DNA from: Polyangiaceae bacterium
GTDB lineage: Bacteria > Myxococcota_A > Polyangia > Polyangiales > Polyangiaceae
Assembly (NCBI GenBank): GCA_965222375.1
Contig: CBDCTZ010000016.1
Coordinates: 2,720,001-2,784,000, forward strand
DNA length: 64,000 nucleotides
Direction of reading: 5' to 3'
Below the pieces are notes generated by a model, which saw nothing but the letters and a program-made list of their open reading frames with translations, did no database searches and was not told where the DNA came from. Shown one piece after another: positions 49,143 to 58,783 of the stretch. Both the position numbers and the translations under genes were made by a program. Numbering within the stretch: the stretch's first letter is position 1; every line of letters starts with the position of its first letter.

Positions 49143-51221
49143 GTGCAACGGCGGGCACACATATCGCTCTTGATCTTCGCGGCGCTGGCTTGTCAGCGCG
49201 AGCCTGCCCCGCCGGCGCCCACCCCGAGCGTTAGCTCCAATCGAGCGACGGCGCCGCAAGCCAGCGCCGCGCCAGGGGTTTCGATCGCCCAATCGAGCGC
49301 TCCCAAATCCCCAGAGCCAGCCAGTCCCTGCCCGCGGGAGATGGTGCTGGTTTCCGGCCGTTATTGCGTCGACCGCTTTGAAATCTCACTGGAGGATCAG
49401 GCGTCGGGCGCTTCGCTGTCCCCGCATTACCCCGTGCGCACCGAGTACGCGGGATTCTTACGGATTCGCAAGAGCGAAGCCAAGAAGCTCGGGAAGACCT
49501 TCGACGCGGGCGAGGTGGGCGCGACGCCGTTTCCGGAGCTGTCGAAACTGCAAATGGGCGGCAAGTTCGTCGCTAAGGCGGTGAGCAAGAAGGGCGTCTT
49601 GCCCAATGGCTTCTTGTCTCGGAACACGGCGCGGGCGGCCTGCGAAGTGGCAGGCAAGCGCTTGTGCACTCGCTCCGAGTGGCGCATGGCCTGCAAGGGC
49701 GAACTGGGCACCAAGTATCCCTATGGCAGGAAGTACGAGCGGGTGCAGTGCAACTTGGGTCGCGGCAAACATCCTGCACGTATTCTCTTCGGTAAGCCCT
49801 CGGCCAGCGTGATCGATCCGCGGCTGAACCTGATGCAGCTCGACGGCGCGCCGCTGCTGCGCAAGACCGGCGACACGCCGACTTGCAAGAGCAGTTGGGG
49901 CAGCGACGCCATCTACGACATGGTCGGCAACCTGGACGAGTGGGTCGACGACGACCGCGGCATCTTCCTGGGCGCTGCGTACACGCGTTACACCAAAGCT
50001 GGCTGCAGCGCAGCCATCGACGCGCACCCCGCTGGCTACTGGGATTACTCCACGGGTGCGCGCTGCTGCCAGGACGCGAAAGGTGCGGAAACGCCGACGC
50101 CTGACGCTGCTGCCGCCAAAGAATTCGAGCGACGGGCGACTCGGATGATTCGCGACGAACAGGCAGCCGCGGCCCGCGGCTTAGTGCGAGAAGCGCTGCG
50201 CAGCTCGCCCCGCGACGCGACCCTAAACAAACTCTACGACAAGACTTTGGTTCGAGATCCGGGCTTTGCCATGCAGCCCCGAGACATCGATCTCTCGTCC
50301 GGGGTGGATGCCATCAAGTATTTGGGCGGAGGGTCGACCGTCACCATGCGGTTCATCGAGGACGAAAAGGTGACCGCTGCGTTCAAGCCAGAACAGACCG
50401 ACGGCGCCAGTGATTACCAATCGGAGATCGCGGCCTGGCGCTTGTGCGAGATCTTGCGCTGTGACTTCTACGTACCCCGCAACGAACCCGTGCGCTTGGA
50501 AAAGAGCGTGTTCGAGACGTTGTACTCGCGGATCTCCAGCGACAAACAGCGCACCTACCGTCGCCGCCACTTCTTCAAGTTGGTGTGGCGCAAGGACGCG
50601 GGCAAAGAGTACTTGCTCGGCGCGCTGGAAGACTGGGTCAAGCACTTGGTCGAATTGCCGGTGGAGCACGTCCACGTGTGGCAGCCCTGGCTCTCCCAGC
50701 CCGCAGCAGGAGGCGTGGCTCTGTCAAGCCTCGAACGGCCCGCCATCGACGCGTTTTCAGTCAAAGACGCGCGCAACTCCGAAGCGCACCGGCGCAACAT
50801 GCGCAAGCAGTTTCGCGACATGACCCAGCTGCAGTTGGCGCGGCTTCTGAGCCAGCTCTTCGTTTTTGACTACTTGATTGGCAACTGGGACCGCATGAGC
50901 ACCAAGCCGGCGTACTACGGTTCCAATTGCCACATCGCAGACGGACGGATCGTCAGCATCGACAACGCGGCCGCGTTTCGGGACGGGGTGCACCCGAAAC
51001 TGGAAAAGCGATTCGAACCCATTCAACGGTTCAGCGCCGCTTTCATCATGCAAATCCGTGATTTGAACCGCGACCGCACACTGCGGCGACTGTTCCCGGA
51101 CGCAGATGCCGAACAAAAGACCCGGTTTGCCGTGTTCTGGAAGCAGCGCGAGCGCCTGCTTGCGCGAGTCGCCCAGCTCGAAAAGAAGCACGGTTCTCTG
51201 GCGGTCCTCAGCTTCGACTGA
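49143..51221 (+). CDS. Lipoprotein: FGE-sulfatase (SUMF1-like) domain fused to Fam20/PI-kinase-like domain
   Basis: ALAC lipobox; CPREMV..YCVDRFE..GKRLCT..DMVGNLDEW..GARCC; then FKPE..SEIAAW..FDYLIGNWDR..IDN. Confidence 0.7.
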   Translation: MQRRAHISLLIFAALACQREPAPPAPTPSVSSNRATAPQASAAPGVSIAQSSAPKSPEPASPCPREMVLVSGRYCVDRFEISLEDQASGASLSPHYPVRTEYAGFLRIRKSEAKKLGKTFDAGEVGATPFPELSKLQMGGKFVAKAVSKKGVLPNGFLSRNTARAACEVAGKRLCTRSEWRMACKGELGTKYPYGRKYERVQCNLGRGKHPARILFGKPSASVIDPRLNLMQLDGAPLLRKTGDTPTCKSSWGSDAIYDMVGNLDEWVDDDRGIFLGAAYTRYTKAGCSAAIDAHPAGYWDYSTGARCCQDAKGAETPTPDAAAAKEFERRATRMIRDEQAAAARGLVREALRSSPRDATLNKLYDKTLVRDPGFAMQPRDIDLSSGVDAIKYLGGGSTVTMRFIEDEKVTAAFKPEQTDGASDYQSEIAAWRLCEILRCDFYVPRNEPVRLEKSVFETLYSRISSDKQRTYRRRHFFKLVWRKDAGKEYLLGALEDWVKHLVELPVEHVHVWQPWLSQPAAGGVALSSLERPAIDAFSVKDARNSEAHRRNMRKQFRDMTQLQLARLLSQLFVFDYLIGNWDRMSTKPAYYGSNCHIADGRIVSIDNAAAFRDGVHPKLEKRFEPIQRFSAAFIMQIRDLNRDRTLRRLFPDADAEQKTRFAVFWKQRERLLARVAQLEKKHGSLAVLSFD

Positions 51222-51358
51222 GGTGTCAACCAGTGCGCGACACCGCGTCAACTTGGCGCTGTCACTTCCGGTGGGATATTTGCCTACCTGTCGCAGGTTT
51301 TTCCTCTGGCCCGCGGCATGCAAGCAGCGCCAGTATCATCCACGATAGGAGACTCGAG

Positions 51359-52585
51359 ATGTTGCTGCGAACCGCCTCAGTTGTAGTCGTCATGTCGTCC
51401 GTACTTGGCTGCGGCTCGGACAGCGGAGATGGTGCTGCGGGGGCAGCCGGTAGTGGAGCATCGGCCGGCGCGAGCGGTTCGAGCTCCGGTGGCAGTGGCG
51501 CGCTGGCGGGCAGTGCCGGCGCCTCAGGAAGTGGCGGCAGCGCTGGCTCCGGGGGCGCCGTGAGTTCGGGTGGCTCTGCTGGCAGCGCGGGCGCTGCAGG
51601 TGCCGGGGGATCGGCGGGTGCTGCAACCGGCGGGACGGGTGGCACCGGCGGCGCACCACCGACGTGCACCCTCAAGGCCTCCGGCGCCGTCACAGTGACC
51701 AAGGACGGTCAGATCGTGGAGAACCTGCGCATCACGTCCAACAGCGGCAATGCCATCACCGTCAGCGGCCACAAGAAGGTCGTGATTCGCAACGTCGAGA
51801 TCCTGCACAAAGGGGGGCCGGGCATCCACATCTCGAACTCCGACGACATCGTGATCGAGAATGTGTCCATCGAGCACACCGGAGCTCCCGCGAGCGGCAA
51901 GAATCCGAGCGACAACCTGAACAACATCCAGTGCTACCAATCGGCGCGGCCGCGAGTGACCAATGCTCGGCTATCCCGTGGCTCGAGCGGCGTGTACCTC
52001 GTGCAGTGCCCCGACAGCACCTTGCAGCAGCTCGAGGGCCACGACTTCCGCGGGCCGTTCCCCCGAGGGCAATTGGTGCAATGGGACAAGTCGGACAATG
52101 GACTCCTGGAGGACTTCTCCGTCATCAACCCGTCAAGCTCCTGGCCCGAGGACAATGTGAATGTCTTTCAGTCGAAGAACGTGACGGTGCGTCGCGGCAT
52201 GATCGACGGCAACAACTCTCCGTCCGGCGTGGGCGTCATCTTTGACGGTGGCCCAAGTACGGGTCTGGTCGAAGACGTGGACGCCATCCGCATGGGCAAC
52301 GGCTGCTTCTCCGACTACGACGGTGGGCCCGGAGTCGTTTTCCGACGCACCCGCTGTCGCGAAAACATCTGCGGCGACCAGGGCCGCGGCAAGCCGCTAT
52401 CCAATGCGCTGATGTGGACGGGCCATACCAACCACACCGATCTGAAAATCGAGCAAAGCGAATATTTCAAGGCCTGCAACCCGGGCAACTTGGTGTGGCC
52501 TCAGGCGTCGTTCTCCGTGGTGGACCTCAAGGAGAATGACTTCACCATGCGCAAGCCCATCTCCCACAAGTTCTGTTGGCAGTAG
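51359..52585 (+). CDS. Lipoprotein with right-handed parallel beta-helix domain
   Basis: VLGC lipobox; Gly/Ser linker; V/I-x-I-x-N repeats (VENLRITS, VIRNVEI, VIENVSI). Confidence 0.75.
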   Translation: MLLRTASVVVVMSSVLGCGSDSGDGAAGAAGSGASAGASGSSSGGSGALAGSAGASGSGGSAGSGGAVSSGGSAGSAGAAGAGGSAGAATGGTGGTGGAPPTCTLKASGAVTVTKDGQIVENLRITSNSGNAITVSGHKKVVIRNVEILHKGGPGIHISNSDDIVIENVSIEHTGAPASGKNPSDNLNNIQCYQSARPRVTNARLSRGSSGVYLVQCPDSTLQQLEGHDFRGPFPRGQLVQWDKSDNGLLEDFSVINPSSSWPEDNVNVFQSKNVTVRRGMIDGNNSPSGVGVIFDGGPSTGLVEDVDAIRMGNGCFSDYDGGPGVVFRRTRCRENICGDQGRGKPLSNALMWTGHTNHTDLKIEQSEYFKACNPGNLVWPQASFSVVDLKENDFTMRKPISHKFCWQ

Positions 52586-52647
52586 GGGTGCCCACCCCCC
52601 ATCCGTCCTCGGCGCCTGCGGCGCCTGTGGGCGGTGGCCCCTCCCAA
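52585..52647. repeat. REP-like GC-rich imperfect hairpin
   Basis: CCCACCCCCCATCCGTCC..GGCGCC-TGC-GGCGCC..GGGCGGTGGCCCCTCCC directly before the DUF559 remnant. Confidence 0.4.
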
Positions 52648-52656
52648 ATGCCGACT

Positions 52657-52856
52657 ATGAGGCGGCGTCAGGTCGTGGTGAGTGGTCGATTCATCACCGA
52701 TTTTGCGGCTACCACGCAGACCGTGTTCATGCGGACGCTCGCCGCGACCGGATCCTTCGCCGGGCGGGCTGGCGCGTGTTGCGCCTCCCGGCGGCGCTCG
52801 TCATCCACGCTCCGGGTGAAGCAGTCACCGCGGTGCGTCGGGCGCTCCGCGACTGA
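52657..52856 (+). pseudogene. DUF559 (Vsr-like endonuclease) remnant
   Basis: RRQVVVSGRFITDFA in one frame, then GYH..DARRDRILRRAGWRVLRL in another; the EVDG segment is missing. Confidence 0.7.
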
Positions 52857-52917
52857 GCGGGCGCTCCGCTCCGCACCTCAGCGATCGGGAAGGCAGCCGG
52901 CGCGACGTCGCGCAACC

Positions 52918-53700
52918 CTAGTGACCGCGTTGGGCCAGGTCGTAGGCTAGGTTGCGGTAGAAGCGGATGTAGTCGAAGCCGGTGTGTTTGTCGGGGCGCT
53001 TGTCGTTGATCTGTCCGACTTGGTCGAGGTGATCCGCCGGGATGCATCCCAGAAACTCGCCCCACTTGGCGCTCTCTACAGTGGCTACGCCGTCGTTCGG
53101 GCGCAGCTCCGTGCCGTGGGCCACGAAGACAGCGCCACCAACCAGCAGCGCGTCCATGCGATCACGGCGGTTCTCGTGCCAATGGGTCTTCACCTCTCCG
53201 GCGGCATTGCGGCAGGCATCCGTGACTTTGCTGGGCTTGGGGTGGGGGAGGCCACCGACGAAGCTGACTCCGGCCCAGGACATGTATTCCACTGCCGGGT
53301 GATCGACGATGGCCTGATTGAAGCTCGCTGAGTTCTTTTCACTCATGGCTTCAAAGGCGGCGACGATATGGCTGTCTTCCGCCACTTCGCTGAAGGTCTT
53401 TCCGTACAATGTTGCTAGCCAGTCAACGGCCTTGGACTTGTCGGATCCTGGCAGCACTTTCGTCGCGATGTCCGCAGCGTAGGAGCCGCGGTGCGGACTG
53501 GAGATCGTGGTGATGGAGGCGATTTGATCGCCACGATTCAGACCGGCCGGGCTCGCCAAGTAGCGACAGTCTGGGCCCCCAGCTGAAAAGCAAACCAGGT
53601 TGACCTTGCTGGCTCCGGACTTCGCGAGCACACCAGAACTCCAAGCCAACCCCCTCGCGCGCGCGTCATGCCGCCAGTCTGCGTCAGGGCACGTCTCACG
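52918..53700 (-). pseudogene. 5'-truncated triacylglycerol lipase (Pseudomonas/Burkholderia-type fold)
   Basis: KVNLVCFSAGG, TTISSPHRGS, NDGV and ADHLDQVGQ. An in-frame stop at 53703-53701 leaves no signal peptide or N-terminal HG motif. Confidence 0.6.
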
Positions 53701-53796
53701 TCACCCCCACTTGGCCGGAAATGGCCGTGCGTTCATGCACGACGGTTTTCCGGGGTTGCACGTCTCGTGGCCATCGAGGCTAGGTTGGGGCGGCAC

Positions 53797-54666
53797 ATGC
53801 AAGCCTGGCCAAAGAAGACCGTTCGAGTGGTTGCGACGGGTGCTGTCGCCATCGCTCTGGTCTTGGCCGTCGCGGCGGCCGTGATCGTGTCGCCAAAGGC
53901 GTCTGCTGTCGGGCCCATGGTCGGTATCGCGCTCTACTTCGTCTTCACCCTGAAGTACCGGAAGCGGCGCAGGCTCGTGCGAGAGCCATTCCCGGAAGAC
54001 TGGCGACAATGTCTGGAACGCCGGGTGCCGTACTACGCTCGGCTGGATGCAGATGGGCGCCGACGCTTCCAGGACGACGTGCGCATCTTCTTGTCGGAGC
54101 AACGGATCTTCGCTGACCACGGCGCGGTGATCGATGACGAGACCCGACTGCTGATCGCGTCCTCAGCCGCCATGTTGGCCCATGGCTTGCCGCACTGGGA
54201 GTGGCCTAACCTGCGGGATATCGTGGTCTACCCGCGGGCCTTCGACGACAAGTACGCTCAGAGTGATCACGCTGACGTGGCGGGCATGGTGCACGCGCAA
54301 GGCCCCATTTTGTTTTCTCAGCGCCAGCTGCGCATGGGTTTCTCCAAGCTCGATGGGCACAACGTGGGCCTGCACGAACTCGCCCACGTGATGGATTTCG
54401 AGGACGGGCGCGCCGATGGCGTTCCAGGAGATCTCGGCTGGGTGTCCACGGCGCCCTGGGTCAAGATGGTGAAGAACCGCCTTGCTAGGCAGCGCCGACG
54501 CCAAGGGGGAGTGCTTCGTGCCTACGCTGGCACGAACGAAGCGGAGCTATTCGCCGTCGCCGTCGAGAACTTCTTCGAGCGCCCCAAACAGCTCGAAGCC
54601 ACGGATCCGAAGCTGTATCGCATGCTGGCCGACTACTTCCGCCAGGACCCGGCCGCACAGGAATAG
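53797..54666 (+). CDS. M90 family zinc peptidase (MtfA-like) with N-terminal TM helices
   Basis: DGHNVGLHELAH and YAGTNEAELFAVAVENFFERP. Confidence 0.9.
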   Translation: MQAWPKKTVRVVATGAVAIALVLAVAAAVIVSPKASAVGPMVGIALYFVFTLKYRKRRRLVREPFPEDWRQCLERRVPYYARLDADGRRRFQDDVRIFLSEQRIFADHGAVIDDETRLLIASSAAMLAHGLPHWEWPNLRDIVVYPRAFDDKYAQSDHADVAGMVHAQGPILFSQRQLRMGFSKLDGHNVGLHELAHVMDFEDGRADGVPGDLGWVSTAPWVKMVKNRLARQRRRQGGVLRAYAGTNEAELFAVAVENFFERPKQLEATDPKLYRMLADYFRQDPAAQE

Positions 54667-54679
54667 ATGGCGAGCCCTG

Positions 54680-56020
54680 TCACGGCTGTACGCCGATGCT
54701 GCCGACGATGTTTTCCACTCCAGCACCGAAATCGAGGCGATCGACATCGGTCGGGGCCCCGGATTTTTCGAAGCGCACCTGGCGCACGCCTGTGACTTCT
54801 GCCACGAGCACCGTGCCCGTCAGCGCGCCGCGGCGGATCTGCACCATGTCCACGGGTATCTGCGGAGTGCCCGCAGCATAGCTCAGCTCTTTGAACGAAT
54901 AGGGGGCCGTGGCGTTCTTCGAGTGGTGACTCAGCACGAACAGTGCGCTTCCGAACCCGCTGCTGACGAGGGCAGTGTTGTTGAAGGGGCTCGTTTCGAT
55001 GTCCGCTGGGTCCTCGATGGGTGTGACTTCTTGCACTGCCTTCAAGGCGTTGCCATCGAGCTCGACGACTGCGACGCGGTTCTTGACCGAGGAAAACCCG
55101 CTGTTGTCACCGACGAGGACGTACCTCTCGTCTTGGGTGACCGCAAGATTGGAGATGATTGGGGTGTCTTTGCCGAAAGCGGTCGTGCTGGTGATCACAT
55201 TGGGCGGGTTCGACCAATCCACCAAGTGAACGTGCTGGTCGAAGGGGCTAGCGAGCAGATCGTGCGCTGGGACCACCGCTCGGCTGCCGCTGAGGAATGC
55301 CAGACCTTGGGGCAGCTTGCCTGGCGCGATCATTCCGGCGTCGGTGACTTTGTCGTTGCAGTCCACGTCCAAGGCGTAGATCCCACCTCCAATGTTTCGC
55401 CATTCCGCGTCGATGACGTAGACGCGATTGCCGGCTTCATTCATCACCAACTTGGAAGCGTAGAACGCGCCAGAGAATCCTGCGTGCAACACTGTTATCG
55501 CGCCCTGGGGCTCCACCCGGAAAACGCCCACGGTGCCCTTCTCGGTGGCAACGAAACCGAGTTTGCCATCCGGCGTAAAGACGATCTCCCCGGTCGTACT
55601 GCGACCCATGGAGAAGTTCGTCCCGGTTTTGGTCAAGCTGCCGTTGCTCTCGAGGCGCAGCACTTCGTACTCACCGAGAGGCTTCTGGTTCGCATCGTAG
55701 GTGTGGCTGACGACGACGACGCGGTCGCCGTCCGGCGGCCCTGGTGTTCGCACGCAGCTTCCGGCATCTCCGGTCGTGCCGCCGCTGCCCGAGCTGCCCG
55801 CGCTTCCACCCGAAGCGGTGCCCGCGTTGCCGCCGGTCCCCGCGTCCTGCCCAAACGCCCCAGAGCCACCTGATCCGGCTGCGCCGGAGCTGCCCCCCGC
55901 GGCCTTGGCGCCAGTGCCGCCACCATCGTCGTCGCTGCCGCACCCCGCGGCCCCGGTGCACAATGCTCCGGCCAGAATGGCACCTAGAAAGCTCAAGGAC
56001 GAGAAGCTGCGCTGGCTCAT
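54680..56020 (-). CDS. Lipoprotein with beta-propeller (lactonase-like)
   Basis: AAGC lipobox; Gly linker; FTPDGK and VTQDERYVLV blades. Confidence 0.65.
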   Translation of the reverse strand: MSQRSFSSLSFLGAILAGALCTGAAGCGSDDDGGGTGAKAAGGSSGAAGSGGSGAFGQDAGTGGNAGTASGGSAGSSGSGGTTGDAGSCVRTPGPPDGDRVVVVSHTYDANQKPLGEYEVLRLESNGSLTKTGTNFSMGRSTTGEIVFTPDGKLGFVATEKGTVGVFRVEPQGAITVLHAGFSGAFYASKLVMNEAGNRVYVIDAEWRNIGGGIYALDVDCNDKVTDAGMIAPGKLPQGLAFLSGSRAVVPAHDLLASPFDQHVHLVDWSNPPNVITSTTAFGKDTPIISNLAVTQDERYVLVGDNSGFSSVKNRVAVVELDGNALKAVQEVTPIEDPADIETSPFNNTALVSSGFGSALFVLSHHSKNATAPYSFKELSYAAGTPQIPVDMVQIRRGALTGTVLVAEVTGVRQVRFEKSGAPTDVDRLDFGAGVENIVGSIGVQP

Positions 56021-56129
56021 GGCAGCACGGGCTAGCACGCGACGCCTTCGCTGCAAAGGGCACCGTTGCGCTGGCGCTCAGTCGCGCGCACAATCCCCAG
56101 TTCAGACACTCCTTGGCCGTGAGACAACT

Positions 56130-57437
56130 TCACTGCGCTGAGCTGAAAAGCGGCGTTTGGTGGAGCGCTTCCCGCACCTGAGTCGCTTCCTCGCTACTCT
56201 CGTAGAAAACCAGCTGACGCCCCAGGTTTTGCTGCGCTTGCTTCGTCACCACGTTGACGAGCCCACCCTCGGCCAGGGCAGCGGCGCCGTCCTGCTTTGC
56301 ATTGGATGCCAACTCCGTCGCGGTCGCGACTGCGCGCCGAGCCTTCTTGCTGTAGTCCACGGCCTGCTCGAGGGTGGCGCGTAGCCCAGTGGCTTCCGGG
56401 ACGAAGCCAAGCGCGAGTTCCAAGAACCCCAAGTAGTCGCCGTCGCCGCGCCAAAGCCGGAGGATTTGTTTGTAGATGGCGGATGTGGGCAACCCCGTAA
56501 CCTGGTCGATGAGCGTCAGGAATTGGCCGATGACATCCAACCGCTCCTGCTGCACCCGCAGCCAAGCGATGTACTCCGGGCTCGCCATGATCTCCCGGCG
56601 GCGATTTGCAGCGGCAGCCAGTGCGCGCTGCCGCTCTTTGCCTTCGGGATAGGCAGTGCTTGCGGCGTGGACAGCCGCGGTATCACGCTCCACGGCGAGC
56701 AGAACTTTCTCTAGGTTTTGAGCAAGGCTCAGGGATCCGGAGTCTGCCGCGCGTGCGGTGAGCCCCGTGGCCACCAGAGACGCTTCGAGGCGCCGCAGGC
56801 GAGCGGCGTCTGCGTCCAAGCGTTCGAGCAGGAGGCTCAGCACCACCTGGTAGTCGGAGGCGCTGACCTGATAGGGCAACTCGAAGGGTAGCTTGCCGCC
56901 GGCCTCCAGAGTCGTCAGCTGTCGGCAGAGACGGAATTGTTCGAGCCGCCCCGCATCCACGGCGTGACGTACTTTGCCGACCGAGTGCAGCAGCTTTCCG
57001 AGGGCACCGTCCAAGGCGCGCACTTCTTCGTAGTCGCGCTGAATGTGATCTCGGGCTTGTTTCCAGATCCGCGCTGCTTCGTCGCGCTGCTCCTGGCTCA
57101 TCTCGGCGGTGAAAGTGAGGCGCTCCGGCATGTCACGCTCTACGCGAAATCCCGAAGCGTCCTCGGACACCCGAACCCAAAAGGGCACTTCACGCAGTTG
57201 GAGCGCATGCAGAGCTGCAACGCCACGTTTGGCAAGGACCTGGCGCGCGGTAAGACCCTCCTGTTCGGCGCCCGATTCCACGCGCTGGTGCGCCTGCGCA
57301 TAGTGGGTGTACGCGCCCTTGACCCATCCCTGACCATAGAGATGCGCGAGGGGCGTTTCCGGTTTCTTCTGCACGCAGCTGCCGGCGGCCAGCGCTATGC
57401 CCCCGAGGGCGAAGCTTCGCCGCGACAGCTCGCTCAT
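56130..57437 (-). CDS. Hypothetical Tat-lipoprotein, alpha-helical
   Basis: SRRSFALGGIALAAGSC; 4 bp overlap with the upstream gene. Confidence 0.65.
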   Translation of the reverse strand: MSELSRRSFALGGIALAAGSCVQKKPETPLAHLYGQGWVKGAYTHYAQAHQRVESGAEQEGLTARQVLAKRGVAALHALQLREVPFWVRVSEDASGFRVERDMPERLTFTAEMSQEQRDEAARIWKQARDHIQRDYEEVRALDGALGKLLHSVGKVRHAVDAGRLEQFRLCRQLTTLEAGGKLPFELPYQVSASDYQVVLSLLLERLDADAARLRRLEASLVATGLTARAADSGSLSLAQNLEKVLLAVERDTAAVHAASTAYPEGKERQRALAAAANRRREIMASPEYIAWLRVQQERLDVIGQFLTLIDQVTGLPTSAIYKQILRLWRGDGDYLGFLELALGFVPEATGLRATLEQAVDYSKKARRAVATATELASNAKQDGAAALAEGGLVNVVTKQAQQNLGRQLVFYESSEEATQVREALHQTPLFSSAQ

Positions 57438-58621
57438 GGCTCGAGGACCGTGATGCCGCTTAGCCCCGAGAACTTCGACGACACGTCTTCGGATCGGCTG
57501 CCCGCGCTGCCGGGTGGACCGTTGCTGCCGGCGCTGCCGACCTGGCCCTCGCTGCCTTCTCCTCCGTCCGTGCCCCGCGCGCCGCTACCAAAGCCGCTAC
57601 CGCCGCTGCCCGCGCGACCTCCCAGCCCTGCATTGCCGGGCGGGCCCCCGCGCCCGCCGGAGACGTCTAGCTCGATGCGCTGTGCCAGGTCCGAGAAGCG
57701 CGAGTCCACCACAAGATCAATGGCGCCACCGGCGCCGCCATTGCCGCCAGCAGCGCCGTTACCTCCAGCGGCGCCATTGGCTCCGTTGCCCCCAGGATTG
57801 CCACTGCCGCCGTCGCCGCCGTCGCCGCCGCGGCCGCCGTTGCCCCCCGGGCCGCCGTCGCCGCCTCGCGCGTAGAGTGTGAGCTTCGCATCCGGATGGG
57901 CGAGCACGAAGTCGCGAGTCGGGCCCTCGACCACCACCGCGATCAGGCGATCGTAGAAGCCAGTCTTGACGTAGGTGGCGTAGGCTGTCAGCCGCGGCCC
58001 GGCGCCACCACTCGATCCGGGCGCACCACTGCCTCCTGCGCGCCCATCGCTGCCAGGGCCGCCCGCCGAATCGCTGGACCCGGTGCTGCCATCGCTGCCC
58101 GGAGTCCCATCTTGCCCGTGGTTTCCGGGCGTGCCTCGCGAACCCTCGCCACCCACCGCGCTAATGCAGCGGTAGTCCGGCTTGTAGGTCGTTTTGAAGG
58201 TGAACTTGTCGGGCCGACGTCGGTACGCTGTCGTGATTTCGAATTCACGAGAAAGTGTGGCCAGCAGATCGCGGTTTGGCGAGAACCGACCTTCCTGGTC
58301 GAAGCGACCTTGCTCGCTATGAAAGGCGAATTCGTCGAACTCGAGCTTGTCATTGCGATTGGCGCTGCTGTCGCCATGCCAGGTTTCCAGCTTCTTGGGA
58401 ACGGTTTCGCCCGCCAGCAGCACATCGGCGAAGACCGCCATTTGCACCGTCTCTCGAGGGCATATTGTTTTTTCGGTCTTGCGAATGTCGACGCTCATGG
58501 CTTTCACTTGAGCGCCTTCCAAGCTGACAGTGTTCCTACCCGCAAGCGCTCGCAGAGCACCGCAGCCGCCAATGGACAGGCTCAGGCCGAGCGCGAGCGT
58601 GAGGCGTCCCAGCACAATCAT
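57434..58621 (-). CDS. Hypothetical lipoprotein with Gly-rich (GxxGxx) repeats
   Basis: IGGC lipobox; globular N-domain; three GxxG tracts separated by short beta segments. Confidence 0.65.
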   Translation of the reverse strand: MIVLGRLTLALGLSLSIGGCGALRALAGRNTVSLEGAQVKAMSVDIRKTEKTICPRETVQMAVFADVLLAGETVPKKLETWHGDSSANRNDKLEFDEFAFHSEQGRFDQEGRFSPNRDLLATLSREFEITTAYRRRPDKFTFKTTYKPDYRCISAVGGEGSRGTPGNHGQDGTPGSDGSTGSSDSAGGPGSDGRAGGSGAPGSSGGAGPRLTAYATYVKTGFYDRLIAVVVEGPTRDFVLAHPDAKLTLYARGGDGGPGGNGGRGGDGGDGGSGNPGGNGANGAAGGNGAAGGNGGAGGAIDLVVDSRFSDLAQRIELDVSGGRGGPPGNAGLGGRAGSGGSGFGSGARGTDGGEGSEGQVGSAGSNGPPGSAGSRSEDVSSKFSGLSGITVLEP

Positions 58622-58783
58622 GACAGTGCGCGAGTAATCACCGTCTCCAACGCGGACGCAAGTTGCGGCCGTGCGGACTAGCTGCGGCAGTGTCGGGTTG
58701 CGGGATTGCCGCACTCTCGACGGTATATTCCCCACCGGAAGCAGCGCGGCGAGCCCCCTCGGCGCATGGCTGTGCTTTAGTCT

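Noticed and set aside
57434..58621. True collagen or PE-PGRS assignment
   Set aside because: There is no PE domain, and the Gly tracts are short and interrupted. Only the compositional similarity is supported.
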